64,000 nucleotides of DNA, taken from Adineta vaga (Eukaryota; Animalia; Rotifera). A program made the translations under genes and the position numbers. The notes under the pieces are model-generated. The model saw only the letters and a program-made list of their open reading frames with translations. It was not told the origin of the DNA and made no database searches. Position 1 is the first letter of the stretch; each line of letters opens with the position of its first letter. Shown here one piece after another: positions 13,001 to 24,089 of the stretch. The stretch covers positions 14,694,001 through 14,758,000 of the forward strand of contig CP075492.1 of NCBI GenBank assembly GCA_021613535.1, written 5' to 3'.

Positions 13001-14523
13001 ACGGTATTATCGATAGTTTTCACCTCACTTTCTTCAAATTCACAACCATGTAGTTGAAGTATTGACGATCGACATCGACTTTCATTTGGACATGTAAAAC
13101 GATTAGGCTCATTAAGTGAACAACTTAATTTAAAATCTTCTTCATCATCATGCAAGTAACAATCAATGATGTTGTCAGCAATTCGACGTGTTGAAATATA
13201 TTTGGAAGAATTTCGACATTGATACAGTGATGTATGTTTCGAATAATCGTGATCGATGTATCGACTTGTACAGCCATGAAAATATGGTTTGATGATATCA
13301 ATTATTTGTTTCCAACTATGATATTCTACACTTGATTTCAATCCCATTTGATAAAATGAGCGACATGTATGAGATTTGTCGATAAATGTTGGTGAAAGAT
13401 AACTACATAATTGTACATTATAACAAATATAATCTGGTAATAGAATCGAATGAGTGTTCACTGTAGATATTCGTTTTGGTCGATAGAGAAAATGAACATG
13501 AGAGAGAAGAACAGGATTGAGTGGAAATTGGATGAGATCATCACATGAATGAAGATAGGAACGAATGTTAGGAAATTGAAAGAATTCGTCATGACATAAT
13601 GTTTGATTGATTTGTTGAATTAATTGAGTAAGACAAACCATAGCAAGCCAACAATGATATGATAGATTTCCTTGAATAGCCAATGATTCGAATAACATAA
13701 TATGTCGTCCATTAATACATTCATCGAAATCATCAACACATTGTCCATCACCACATGAGAAATGATTTTGACCGGGCGGACATGTATTCTCTTCACACTG
13801 AAATGAATTCAGTGTTGGATCTAAATTAGGACAAACAGAAATCTCTCGTAAATCTGACTGATCAAGACATGTTGCAGTAGGCTCTTCTGATGTTCGATAA
13901 TATTCTGGAATACATTGTCCATTATAACATCTATATTCATTTGTTTTACATTCATTTATTTCTAATTCAAAACAATGTTTTTCATCAACACCATCATTGA
14001 GACAATCAATTCGACCATCACATATCTCACGCCAATCGAGACAAAGAGATGCTCCACCACGATCACATTCTAACAAAATATAACATGTATGTTCTGAACT
14101 TGGACTAGTAAATTCATGTTCGTTGATGTAAGGAGAATATTGACATCGAAATCCGAACCATGGTGATGTGCAATTATAGAATAATGGATAAGATTGAAGA
14201 GATTTGTTTTGTTGATCAAGATAGTATTGATAGTGTTCAGCGAGATCGATTGAAGCAGACCAAATGAAAATATCATTGGCAGTAATATTCATAAGAAGCA
14301 ATTGGTCGAATGTATAATTTTCATCACGTGTATTGATGAAATCTGTTGTACTGATATGAGTGTCGTTTGTCGGTCGAACACAATATTCATTTTTTGTTAC
14401 AATGCCGTTAGTCATCGAATAATGATACAAACAATCATATTGTGTCCTGCTAGTCATATAAAAGTTGAAGTTAGATTCAGCACTAAGACGTAAGAAAAAT
14501 GGCAGCCACACAAGAAAAAACAT
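10027..14523 (-). CDS. Large intronless receptor: signal peptide, LDL-receptor class A repeats, EGF repeats and a rhodopsin-like 7TM domain
   Basis: LDLa motifs (CLDWREICDGRIDC…DE, RCDGFWDCENGKDE). EGF motifs (CLCPPNYYGNQC, CQCQKGWTGAQC, CLCPEEFRGERCE). Seven hydrophobic helices with SIERA at the DRY position. Confidence 0.9.
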   Translation of the reverse strand: MFFLVWLPFFLRLSAESNFNFYMTSRTQYDCLYHYSMTNGIVTKNEYCVRPTNDTHISTTDFINTRDENYTFDQLLLMNITANDIFIWSASIDLAEHYQYYLDQQNKSLQSYPLFYNCTSPWFGFRCQYSPYINEHEFTSPSSEHTCYILLECDRGGASLCLDWREICDGRIDCLNDGVDEKHCFELEINECKTNEYRCYNGQCIPEYYRTSEEPTATCLDQSDLREISVCPNLDPTLNSFQCEENTCPPGQNHFSCGDGQCVDDFDECINGRHIMLFESLAIQGNLSYHCWLAMVCLTQLIQQINQTLCHDEFFQFPNIRSYLHSCDDLIQFPLNPVLLSHVHFLYRPKRISTVNTHSILLPDYICYNVQLCSYLSPTFIDKSHTCRSFYQMGLKSSVEYHSWKQIIDIIKPYFHGCTSRYIDHDYSKHTSLYQCRNSSKYISTRRIADNIIDCYLHDDEEDFKLSCSLNEPNRFTCPNESRCRSSILQLHGCEFEESEVKTIDNTVFNQICDKTIDTSPEIINGQNYTDESDCEYWPCNNIYTRCDGFWDCENGKDEEKCRPSNCSHRFLECTSPYNYTMICIPAHEVRNGIVDCLGGIDEPQLCRVADFFSGISYSFRCLNDARCIEPFILCDLHNEIYYTDVCEEWTDYNLTEVQDILCRFGTMSRVPFTLESSETCPLVENNIITSADDAPQKFSHVYTPSWQCTRGSPMRLWLGNENDTTICLCPPNYYGNQCQYQNQRVSLTLILSAIIRYHTFAIFIKLIDDDNDQQQIQSYEQIIYIAKITCGQPFDKYLPYSTRPKHLSKNYSIHIDVYDKVSVEYLASWYFKVPFNFLPVNRLAVLLTLGSNHIAYSGLCSLQCQHGICVKYINEEKFFCQCQKGWTGAQCHISIDCDDCSSDSICIDRAHNRSICICPLEKFGNRCLLKHSCPINYCENNGVCVVTDERMVDTSYECLCPEEFRGERCESPTSRLHITLNDRKISSYLIAFIYSNIPWEPPIAHETILRKITTLQRNVTFYLQQVFQMVFILTNNNYYLTVLQQSETSNISTTIDSTRRCPSVNELLDSKQIKLLRIQRIKYYHTLCQNNPHLKCFFDESYMCLCTTEHHANCFAFDHQHDFQCKENVHCLNDGQCLQDHPICPLTTICNCIDCFFGNQCQFYAKGIGLTLDDLFRYEIRSNIRLSNQSEMVKLSMFFTMILFVIGLVNSILSLITFSRRDTRVVGCGIYLLMLSITSLITITVLMMKFWFVLLSQMNLETNRAVLRFGCLSIEPLLKFCSWMNNWLNACVSIERAINTSKGISFNKTHSIKAARCIVIVLVLLLIGSNIYECFSRDLFDDTEEDRVWCVTLYSSNLYIYTTAISFLHVLGPFFINIFSSLFIIYTIVRRKAAARKYKGRRQHLREQVYQHKPLLIGPLLLVIFTLPFIIISSLFRCVKASQSSWLYVSSYFTAFIPTTLIFIMYVLPSTLYKEKFVKSMKKWRQSCRRNHCFSYI

Positions 14524-15453
14524 TTTTCTACTATAAAGTGAACCGCATTCTTTAGAAACTGAGATTTTTCTACTTTAATAATAGAAAAACACAACCAAGA
14601 TTTATAGTTACCGCACGTTGAGTCAATGTTGTGAATATTGTCATTGTTATTTTTTATGTTCACAGCATTTGATGGAACGCTTTTCTAATGAAGTACTTCT
14701 AAGATTTGAAATAAGAAATAAATTTATTTCTCATTTTTTCCTTATATGGAAAGTTCTCTTTGGCATCTGTTTAGATATGTCAAGGGCATTAAGATAAATC
14801 ATTATTGAGCTAAACGTGTAAAACACAACTGCCAACAAAAATAAGTTAATCATTTCACTTATGTGAATATTTATTTAGTTATTATTTTCCAGGAAAACTA
14901 TTCAAGAAGCAATACTGTACTATAAGTTCCTTGTTTGCAAATGTAGTATTATTATGATTGCATCAACGGTATTGTAAAAGATTCACATTGTCGTTCATTG
15001 AAACATCAACAATATGATATAAGAAAAAATTAAATAAACTTGTTGCACACTCTTAATATAACAGAATTGCATAGTTCACTATGTTTTATGTTAAGGTTTT
15101 TGTAAATTAGTCGACAACTTTCTGTGAACTTTATACTTAAAGAATATATGTATACGCACTCATTTTCTTTTCTTTTCTTTAACGGGTAAAAAGCATAATG
15201 TAATCATAATATTTTTTTTATACGTTTCTTTCTTTTCTGTTAAAATGATCAATCATTGCAGAATACTATATGAAAAGGACAAAGCACAACATCTTTATCT
15301 ATGTGTTTATCTCTTAGAATGGTTCATCCACAGTATATATTAATTAATATTTATAACACTCTCGTTTATTGTCATGTAGTTAAAATTGATTAGACAATGT
15401 TTCTTGATTATTAATAAAAGTTATGAAAAAATAAAATTAGCAATAAAATGTTC

Positions 15454-15840
15454 TCAAGTTTGAGTTTTTCGACAAGGTCCTTGTGGTCCTCTGCACAACA
15501 AACTGCTAACAAACCCGTGAGTCCCGTTTGACAAATTGAGTCTAAACCAGCGTGCGCTAGTAACTCCTCCACGAGTTGTTGGTTTTCCGTACACGAAACA
15601 GTCTGAAGGATAGTCGCGTCCTGCCAGTACATGACTGACTGTCGGACACGTATCAGCTGAGCACTTAAATACGCGGCCCCAATGTGCACATGCAACGGTT
15701 CCATTTGTGCTCTATAAAAAAGTAGCATTAAGATAGAACGTGAAAATATACTCTAGTAATAATATATGTACTTGACAGTCAATGATATATACTGAGCACA
15801 AAAGCGCAATGAAGACCGAAACGATCATTTGATTTGCCAT
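15454..15840 (-). CDS. Small secreted six-cysteine SH3b-like protein (paralog B); not in the ORF track in this frame
   Basis: Exon 1 (15840-15772) reads MANQMIVSVFIALLCSVYIIDCQ. Intron 15771-15712. Exon 2 reads STNGTVACAHWGRVFKCSADTCPTVSHVLAGRDYPSDCFVYGKPTTRGGVTSARWFRLNLSNGTHGFVSSLLCRGPQGPCRKTQT*. It aligns without gaps to the 2339-2693 protein with all six Cys conserved. Confidence 0.8.
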
Positions 15841-17409
15841 TCGTATGTATGGATTTGATGGTTGTTTTGCGATTGATAATTAGCTGCAGCTCGTGCAGCT
15901 TTTTATACCAGATTTGTTCACTTCCGAACATAGATCTGTACTGCAATTGCGCATTTTCGAAATCAACAATTAATGAGTAATAGTTTTTCGCAGATGCACA
16001 AAAACAATACATATGACTTCCTTCACAATACATAGAGCACTTCAGTGACAACAACTAATAGCTAAAAGTATTGGAAAAACCAACATTATTCATACAAAAA
16101 TAAATCGATATTTCCAAGAAATGTCGTTTCAATGACGTTTAAGTATATGCTGTGTTTATTTTATTTGACGAAATTCTTCCTAGTTCATGTAAATACAAAA
16201 TTGTGTACGTATAGATTGCGTCATTTACTTCCGTCCCTATTTTCTTTACATAATTTCCTTTTCATCATTCGCTCGATTATTCATTCTGAGAAAAGAAAAG
16301 ACAGTTTGCAACGATAGAGTCGAAAAGTTATTTTAACATTATCCTTTTCTTTTCTATAGATCTTTGTACATATGCAGAAAAGCCATTGATTTCAGGTCCA
16401 TCTGTTTCATATTCAAACAGTTAATAAATTTTCTCTTTTAAAATATTACTCGATATGCTTCGAACTTCAAAAAAACAAATTACCGCTTCAATCGCTCATA
16501 GATTTCGACCTATTTTTGTTTCCAACGTCTTTCTGATTCGATGAAAACAGTACTTCCGTTCTATTTTCATCTTAAGTAATTTAATGGACTCATTGAAGCA
16601 AAATAAACTTTTGTATATTGATTGTTTCAATTACGTCATACTTTTTTCTTCCTTTATTCGTAATTCGCCGATTTTTTCAAAATTTCATAATCATCTGACG
16701 ATTCATGTTACCGGCATGTGTTAGTCTGAGAATTTTTATTTTCAAGTTTGTGAAATGTAAACATTATTGAAAATATGATTGCTACCGAAGAATACATTGA
16801 CAGACAAACGTCCGATGTTAGTATCGATAGAATATGACTTATTTCGAGATATGATTTTTTTATTTATAGCTTCAAGTGTTTCTCGAAAAAATATGTTCCT
16901 TTTGCCATAAACTGAATACAATATTCTGAACTCTATGCATATTGCTTCGAAATTCATAATAGCAGATTTTGCACACACTATACGTGCAACTTAATGATTA
17001 GAAGAATTGATCTATGCTAATTTCTGACTCATTTGTTAAAAACTAACTGAAAAGGTATCATTGATCATTATTCATATAAAAACAATTTCAGAGGAAGGCA
17101 AAAATGCAACCATGTGATAGAGCAAATAAATAAATAAATATAAAGGTAAACGCATGGTTCTGTCTCGAAAATTTTGCTACTGCTATAGTATTTGCAGATT
17201 TATGGAGACGCTGTTTATTGAAGAGATTGATAATCATAACCTTTTCTCTCATTCACATACTATGATTAATTATATAGATTAGTTTATAAGAAAGATGATT
17301 TCAAAGTTCTATAACAGGTTTTGTTTTGAATAAATATCTATTTAGATATACGTTCTATTGATGGAGTGTGATTTTTAAATATTCTGTAAAGCCACACACT
17401 CTTTGTCAT

Positions 17410-18948
17410 TTAAATCAAAACAAGTGTATCTGCAGTGAATTGTTCGATTTTAGTATTATAAAATTGTTCGATACGATGTAATTGTTCTCGATCATGATTA
17501 TTAATGAAATTGATTGCCAAACCGTTTCGCCCGAATCGACCTCTACGACCAATACTTCATCAAAATAATAAAATTCATTTCACGTCAATAAAGATTATTC
17601 ATTCTTACCGACGAACATAGTTTTCACAATGAGTAGGTAGATCATAATTAAAAATAGGACTGACTTGTGGAATATCATTATCATCTTCAGATCTATCTGT
17701 TCTTAGCAAAATCCGACTAGAACCCATTCGAAATTCTTTTATGGCATTTTCGCGTTGTTCTGCGTTCATACTGAAGTCCTACAGTAGTGAAAGTTCATAA
17801 ATGGTTAGTCAAAAAATATCATTGTTGAACTAACGAGAACAGATACAGTTAAATCATGTGCACGTAATTTTTCAGATAACCACTTGACTTTTTCGCATGT
17901 ATTACAATAGATAATAGTTTGTGCAATTGCTAAGGTATCAAACAATTCGTATAACTTATTTAATTTGCATTCCTGAATAAAAATAATGTTACATAAGTTC
18001 ATTGTCATGCAATGGATAAATATATTTGAGTATACCTCACGTTCAATATTGACGTAAAATTGACGGATACCCTCGAGTGTTCGATCGTCTATCATGATAA
18101 GAATTTTCACAGGATTATTCATAATTTTATCTGTAGTTTCAAGTAAATCGGAAGGCATCGTCGATGATACGACAATGAAATGAGGATTTCCAGGTAGCAT
18201 CGCGACTAGGTCGTCAATTTGATCTTTATAACCACGAGAGAAAATCTCATCAGCTTCGTTTAATACGAACATTTTTATATGTTCAAGATCTATCACGTGA
18301 AGAAGAAGAAGAAGAAGGAAAAAGAAAGATAGATACATATGAGATATAAATCACATACGAAATACTGATCTCTTCAACATATCAAAGATTCGACCAGGAG
18401 TACTAATAACAATTTGGACGCCTGCTTCAAGACGTTTCATATCCTCACCAATATTCACACCTCCAAAACAAGCATGACATGTCACATTCATATGTTTACT
18501 CAATATTAAAATTATTCTATGAATCTAAATTAGAAGCAAAATCAAGAAATTGATGAAAAACAAAGATTACATGCTATAGGGAGAACTATACCTCTTGGGC
18601 TAGTTCACGTGTTGGTACCAAAATTAATGCTTGACAATCTTGGCAGTTCATATCGAGCTGTTGTAGAATTGCAATGATGAAAGTTATTGTTTTACCTGTA
18701 CCCGATGGTGCCTGTACAATTACATCGTATCCTTTAGGAAGATTAAATATTTATTCAATAGATTTCATCCTCAAGATGGTAGAAAACAAACCCATAATAC
18801 ATGGTTTAAGAGCACGTTGTTGAAGATCCGAAAGTTGTTTGAAACCGTATTCATAAATACCACGTAAAAGTAGATCTGGTAATTGCAGTTGATCGAGACA
18901 TTGGATCACTTCGGTCAAAGAACTTGGATTAGTTTCATTGTCATTCAT
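17410..18948 (-). CDS. eIF4A-like DEAD-box helicase paralog with degenerate catalytic motifs, multi-exon
   Basis: [10 protein letters not shown]…Q (Q motif), [47 protein letters not shown] and NYDLP are colinear with eIF4A. Motif II reads NEAD and motif VI reads RRIGRRGR. Confidence 0.85.
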
Positions 18949-19291
18949 AATCAAGTATAAGAAAGCAACGTTTTTCAAATGTAACTAATCTACAAAGAAT
19001 ACTCGATCGCCAATGAAAAATCGACTTTCAAAAATGCAACAACCAATCATTTTAATGATTTTAAATGTAATCTGATCAAAGTTCTATATAATAACATAGT
19101 GTAGCATTTTAAAACTTTCATCATTCTAACAAACTATAAATAAAGTCTTTGATCGCATATTATTCTCTGTTACTCAGTCTCTCTTTTGTCGTTATGTGCT
19201 ACCATCTATGGTAATGGAAGATCTGAGAGTGCAATTGTGTATTTCACTGTATCTTTTCGTTCAAAAAATAAATTCTCAATGACGTATTTTA

Positions 19292-20483
19292 TTATAAAGA
19301 TTTTTTCCTAAATTTAGATAGACGAGATTTATGATGAGCGATCTCTCGTACTGAAGTAGTTTCAAACATTGGATTAATAAAAAATTTTCCTTGGCCTGCA
19401 TTTTGTTTGACACATTGATTAAAAGTAACATGTTCACATTGTTGTCTATAAAACCAAAATCCATGATTCATCCAACCATCATAAGAACAATCGTGACTCA
19501 AATATTTGGCATTATAAATAGCTGCACCACCAAAAGCAGATTCAACCTCAATCAAGGGATGATCACGTGGAATTCCTTTATTATGAACTGAAAAGAATAT
19601 ATCAATATTCGATTGCCAAGCAATCGAGATAATTGATGCTTGGCGAGTATATTTTATAAAATCAAATGGCATTGAAGGCCATATACGTAATGCCCAAAGA
19701 TCATAATAAAAATCTGTTTGTGAAGCTGTCATTACTGACCATGATGATAATGGATACATAAAATTCGACAGAAAACTATCGATTGTAAATTTTGGTGATG
19801 ATGCCTTATCAATATCAACTGTAAGATAGTAATCAAACGAAGGCATATCAGCACGAGCACGTGAAAGAAGATGATTTCGACAATGAGCAATACGTCGAGT
19901 GCCTTAACAAACAAATTAGAATTCCATTGCATATTCGTTTTATTCACTAAATATATCAAACAAATCTCTTTTAACTTTTGTTTCTTTGCTGAATAGTATC
20001 AATTAAGTTTCTTGAAATGGATAACTTACGTAAATATAGATTCCAACGTTGATTTCCTGCAGAATATACATAAACATGATTAGGATCCTCAATAGCCCAG
20101 TTTTGAATAAATTCTAATGTTCTATCTTGAGAATCTGATTCGCCTAAATAAATTTTATAATTTCCAAATAAATTTCCAATAGCACGAATATTTTTTTGGA
20201 AACGACCAAGATATTTTTCCACATTTCGGCAACAAGCTGTTATGACTAATGTGAAATTTGTTAAATTCACATTATTAATTGTTCGTATTGATGAAGGAAG
20301 TGAACGACCTGTCGACAATGTTCGATTATCTTCCCAAAAAGCTGCCGATGATAATGGTGACACTTCGAGCAGCTGAGTATATCTGTAAATTATTGTAATG
20401 CCCAACACCACAATGATCATTATTAATACAATACAACAAATCATTACATATTTCATCCACGTATGTCGTCGAGAGATTCTCAT
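19292..20483 (-). CDS. Type II membrane GT-A glycosyltransferase, CAP59/CMT1 (GT69)-like
   Basis: N-terminal TM helix; motifs ESDSQDRT, RIAHCRN, VDID (DxD), YYDLWALR, VESAFGGAAIY and CEHV. Intron 20029-19903. Confidence 0.75.
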
Positions 20484-20997
20484 TTTATTCTCTTATTCAA
20501 TCAAGAGAAAAATCTACAATATTAAATAAAAATAAACATACAAGTCTTCTAAAAACGAGTCGCTTTACCTTTGACTAATTTTGAGTTCACGATTGTTCTT
20601 GAGCGTGTGTATATGTGAAGACCTTTCTTTTATTTCCTACAGTGATCATAAGTTTATAAAATATGATTTTTTCACCTCTACGGAGAATTAGTCAATGAAC
20701 CGAAGAGAGATGGTCATACAAATCATGTTATAGTGTCGTACATGTCACAGGTCTTTATTAAATAAAAAAGCCTTCGAAAGTATATTACGAGTGCATTTCT
20801 TTTTCTTTTCTTTACTTTTACGATTTATTGATGCATAAACTTTGTTTTTCTCTCACATCAAACACCTCCGATATTAATTATCCATTAACTTTTTTCTCTT
20901 ATGTCATCTTACAGAGTGTGAATGTAGTTTTCTCTTTTTTTATGCATTAAACAAAGTTCAAGAATAATGTACAATTCAATTATTTTTCATAATAAAA

Positions 20998-22999
20998 TCA
21001 ATAAATTTGTTGTCGTTTCCATTGCAAAAAAATATCATTGTATTTACGTTCAATGGTATAGTCGAATAGTAGTTTTTCCGTATCGATTATTTTTCGTAAA
21101 TCATCCACCATTTCATCGTTTGCATCGTACATATGAAAACATAATGAATCAAGATAACAAATATGTAAATAAATTTTTGACAAAATAAATCTTGCAGATT
21201 CTTCGAGCGTGGCGTGTGTTCCACCTATTATCTCCAAATATTTCACACATGGACAAAGATTTATACAGAAATTCGTGAGTTCAGATTTCCATGAATGCGA
21301 AACTTTTGTAATTTTGTTACTCATTGAGATTGTACGAAGATTCTTTACGTCGTCGATAGACAAATTATCCATTTGTGTCAACGACGAGTACAATAATTTT
21401 AACGAATTAAGATTAGGCAATAAACTGATGAGTTTGATTAAAATACTCATGGGAATCTCACTAAAATGTATCAAGAGACTTGTAAATCGTACAGTCATCA
21501 AAACAGAATTCAATTTGTTAACAGATGATATGTTCCATTGAGAAGTAAAATCTCGTCTGATACATAGTTCAATAGGTCTCGCAAATGGCATACATGTACT
21601 GCTACTCTCCTCTTGATTAGAATTACCAATATAGTAAACATTTTGTTTAGAATATCCAGTGATAATGTCAGAATTTTTGTCAATGATGAAAGCTGTTTTT
21701 CTAAACAGAAAAATCGAGATTAATTTATCAAGAAACAAAAAGATGACTGTTTTTCATCATACTTTGTTGAATAAATTGAATATAAAATCTTCTCGGGTTC
21801 AATTTCTAATCCAAATACCAATCCACGGTCAATCCAAAATTGTGAAGTAAATTGATGAATAAATGAATCAAAATAAATGTCAGAAGAAGTATCATTAAAA
21901 TTGGCATAAGATTTCAACTGAAAACTCTGTAATTGAGGAAGATTATCTAAAATTAATCGTTTCCATTGATCAGGAAGAACAAAATTTTCATTCATAAACC
22001 AATTAATATGTAAAATATGTAAAGGCGAACGAATCTTTTGTATAAAATTCTTCAATTTCTCAAATTTCACCTGACATCGTACGATGTGAATAGATACTAA
22101 GTTTGACATCGTTATTGTCATTTCATTTTCAATTCCATTGTCTGATTTAACCAAAGTATAACATCTCACACGACGCAGCTGTGGAGTATGGTGAAAGATC
22201 CAAATGAGCTCATTGAAAGTACATTCATGTCTCATTATCAAACATTCGATAGTACTGAATCGTTGATTAATCGAAAGAAGTAATGGCATATCTTCTTCTT
22301 CTCTTTCATCAGACACATACAACGAATGATGTTTCAAAGAAGATAAACAGAATATCATTCGATATATTTCTTTTAGATTAAAAGAACTACTATCGTCATC
22401 GTCATCGTCAGTTTCTATAGTTAGAATGGAAAGACGTGGTAAAGATTTCAAATAAAAAAGAGTTGCTATAAGTGTCTGTTTTGTAATTCCATAAAGGTCA
22501 ATTGATGCAAGGTGATTGAATGATGAATCAATAACACAATAATTGAAAAATTCTTCAATATATTGTGATGTCAGAATATGAAGTGAGGTAATATGATGCC
22601 TATGAGGAATAATAACATCTTTACATGATTTTTTTGTATCTATATTCGAATCATAATCAAATACAATCTTGAGTCGAAGTGATGTAGAATTGAGTAGTTG
22701 TTGAAAACGATTATTCAGATTTGAGAATGCATTACATATATCATAACCATCAAGATAGTCAAAAATGTCAAGAAATATTTCATTCGAGAGAGTTTCAATA
22801 CTAAAAAAATGAAATAATATTTGAAAATAACAAAACACCACGTGCCAATTGACTTACTTTGTATCAATTGTTGTCAATACTATAATAATACGAGGAAAAA
22901 AAAACTTTAACAGAATAAAGAATGTAACTTACTGCGTAATTTTTTTGTGTTACGATGCGAATTAGGATTGATTATTGGTTGACGTTTAGTACGAACCAT
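20998..22999 (-). CDS. F-box / leucine-rich-repeat-like protein, multi-exon
   Basis: F-box-like IETLSNEIFLDIFDYLD…AFSNLNNRFQQLL, followed by LxxLPxLxxLxI repeats (LKSLPRLSILTI, ISLLPNLNSLKL). Exon boundaries approximate. Confidence 0.75.
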
Positions 23000-23230
23000 A
23001 TTGATATGAGAAATCGACGGATTGTGAATAAAATTCGACAATATATAATTTCTTGTGTCGTCGTAGATGAAAGAAAAAGAAGAACAGCAAAAAAGGTAAT
23101 ATGTATAGTATACTTCTAAGCAAATTATTTGAATCATTCGTCACAATGAATCATTGATATGAGCCGGGAAAAACCAACAAACGCGATTACATATAAATAT
23201 TGTGAAACGTATCTTATTCAATTGTAAAAT

Positions 23231-23293
23231 CTTGAGGGTGTGGGTATGGGTGTAAGTGATCGTTTTGTTATTCTCTTCATCCACACCCTCAAG
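23231..23293. repeat. 63-bp hairpin with perfect 13-bp inverted repeat arms
   Basis: CTTGAGGGTGTGG (23231-23243) and CCACACCCTCAAG (23281-23293). Confidence 0.7.
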
Positions 23294-23554
23294 GTCCCAA
23301 TTGGATTTAATGTGGTACAACTGGTGTAATCATGAAGAATGCGCTCTTTTGAGTCAAATATTATCCGAAATTTCATGCAAGATATACATTTTGGAAAATC
23401 TTGAAATACTTCATGTACGATAACTCGAGATAATTATCCTATGCAATGTATTCGGTTATGGATTGACAGGTATGGAAAGAAATAGACTTTAGTTCTATCA
23501 AAAAATAAATCATTTCCTTTTATATCATTAAAATAATAAGAAACACAATTTGAA

Positions 23555-24089
23555 TTAGTTCGAGATATTCATACTAACAAATGTTTTTGAAGTTGATAAT
23601 AATCTTCTGAAAATTCTTCTAGAGTTTTCTTCTTTATCAGAAGGATCAAATGTATAGACAAATAATTGAATATTCCAATCTGTGACAATTCCTGATTTAA
23701 CCCAGGGATCATTCTGTGCAAATTTCTTTAGATCACTTTTTGTTGCTCTATAAAAACAAAATTGACGAAGAGGATCATCGGATTTCATTGATTGTCGAAT
23801 CTGTTGTGACCATTTAAATAAATGATAATCAAGTTTGCCATGATTTTCTGATGATTGACTAAGAACATATGTTTCATGTTCAGCATTCAATTTTTCATCT
23901 TGTTTTAATTTTCTATTTGTACGATTATCTATTTTATATTCAAGTAATTGCATTGTACGTGGATAAGTATTTCTCGCATGTTTTTTGGACTTTTTGAATG
24001 AGTCTAAAGACAGCAAAATAAAGAATTTTTATATTATCTTTTTGCTACTGATGTATATTGAACTTACGTAAAGAAGAATGTGAAGTCAT
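23555..24089 (-). CDS. YCII-related domain protein
   Basis: Short exon 1 (MTSHSSL) splices in phase to HSFKKSKK…. Contains AEHETYV (conserved His) and FAQNDPWVKSGIVTDWNI, matching the YCII C-terminal 'DP(Y/F)..G' signature. Confidence 0.55.

Noticed and set aside
15411-15728. 105-aa ORF-track protein MLLFYRAQ…
   Set aside because: Wrong frame. The alternative frame gives a six-Cys protein homologous to 2339-2693 with a matching signal-peptide exon.
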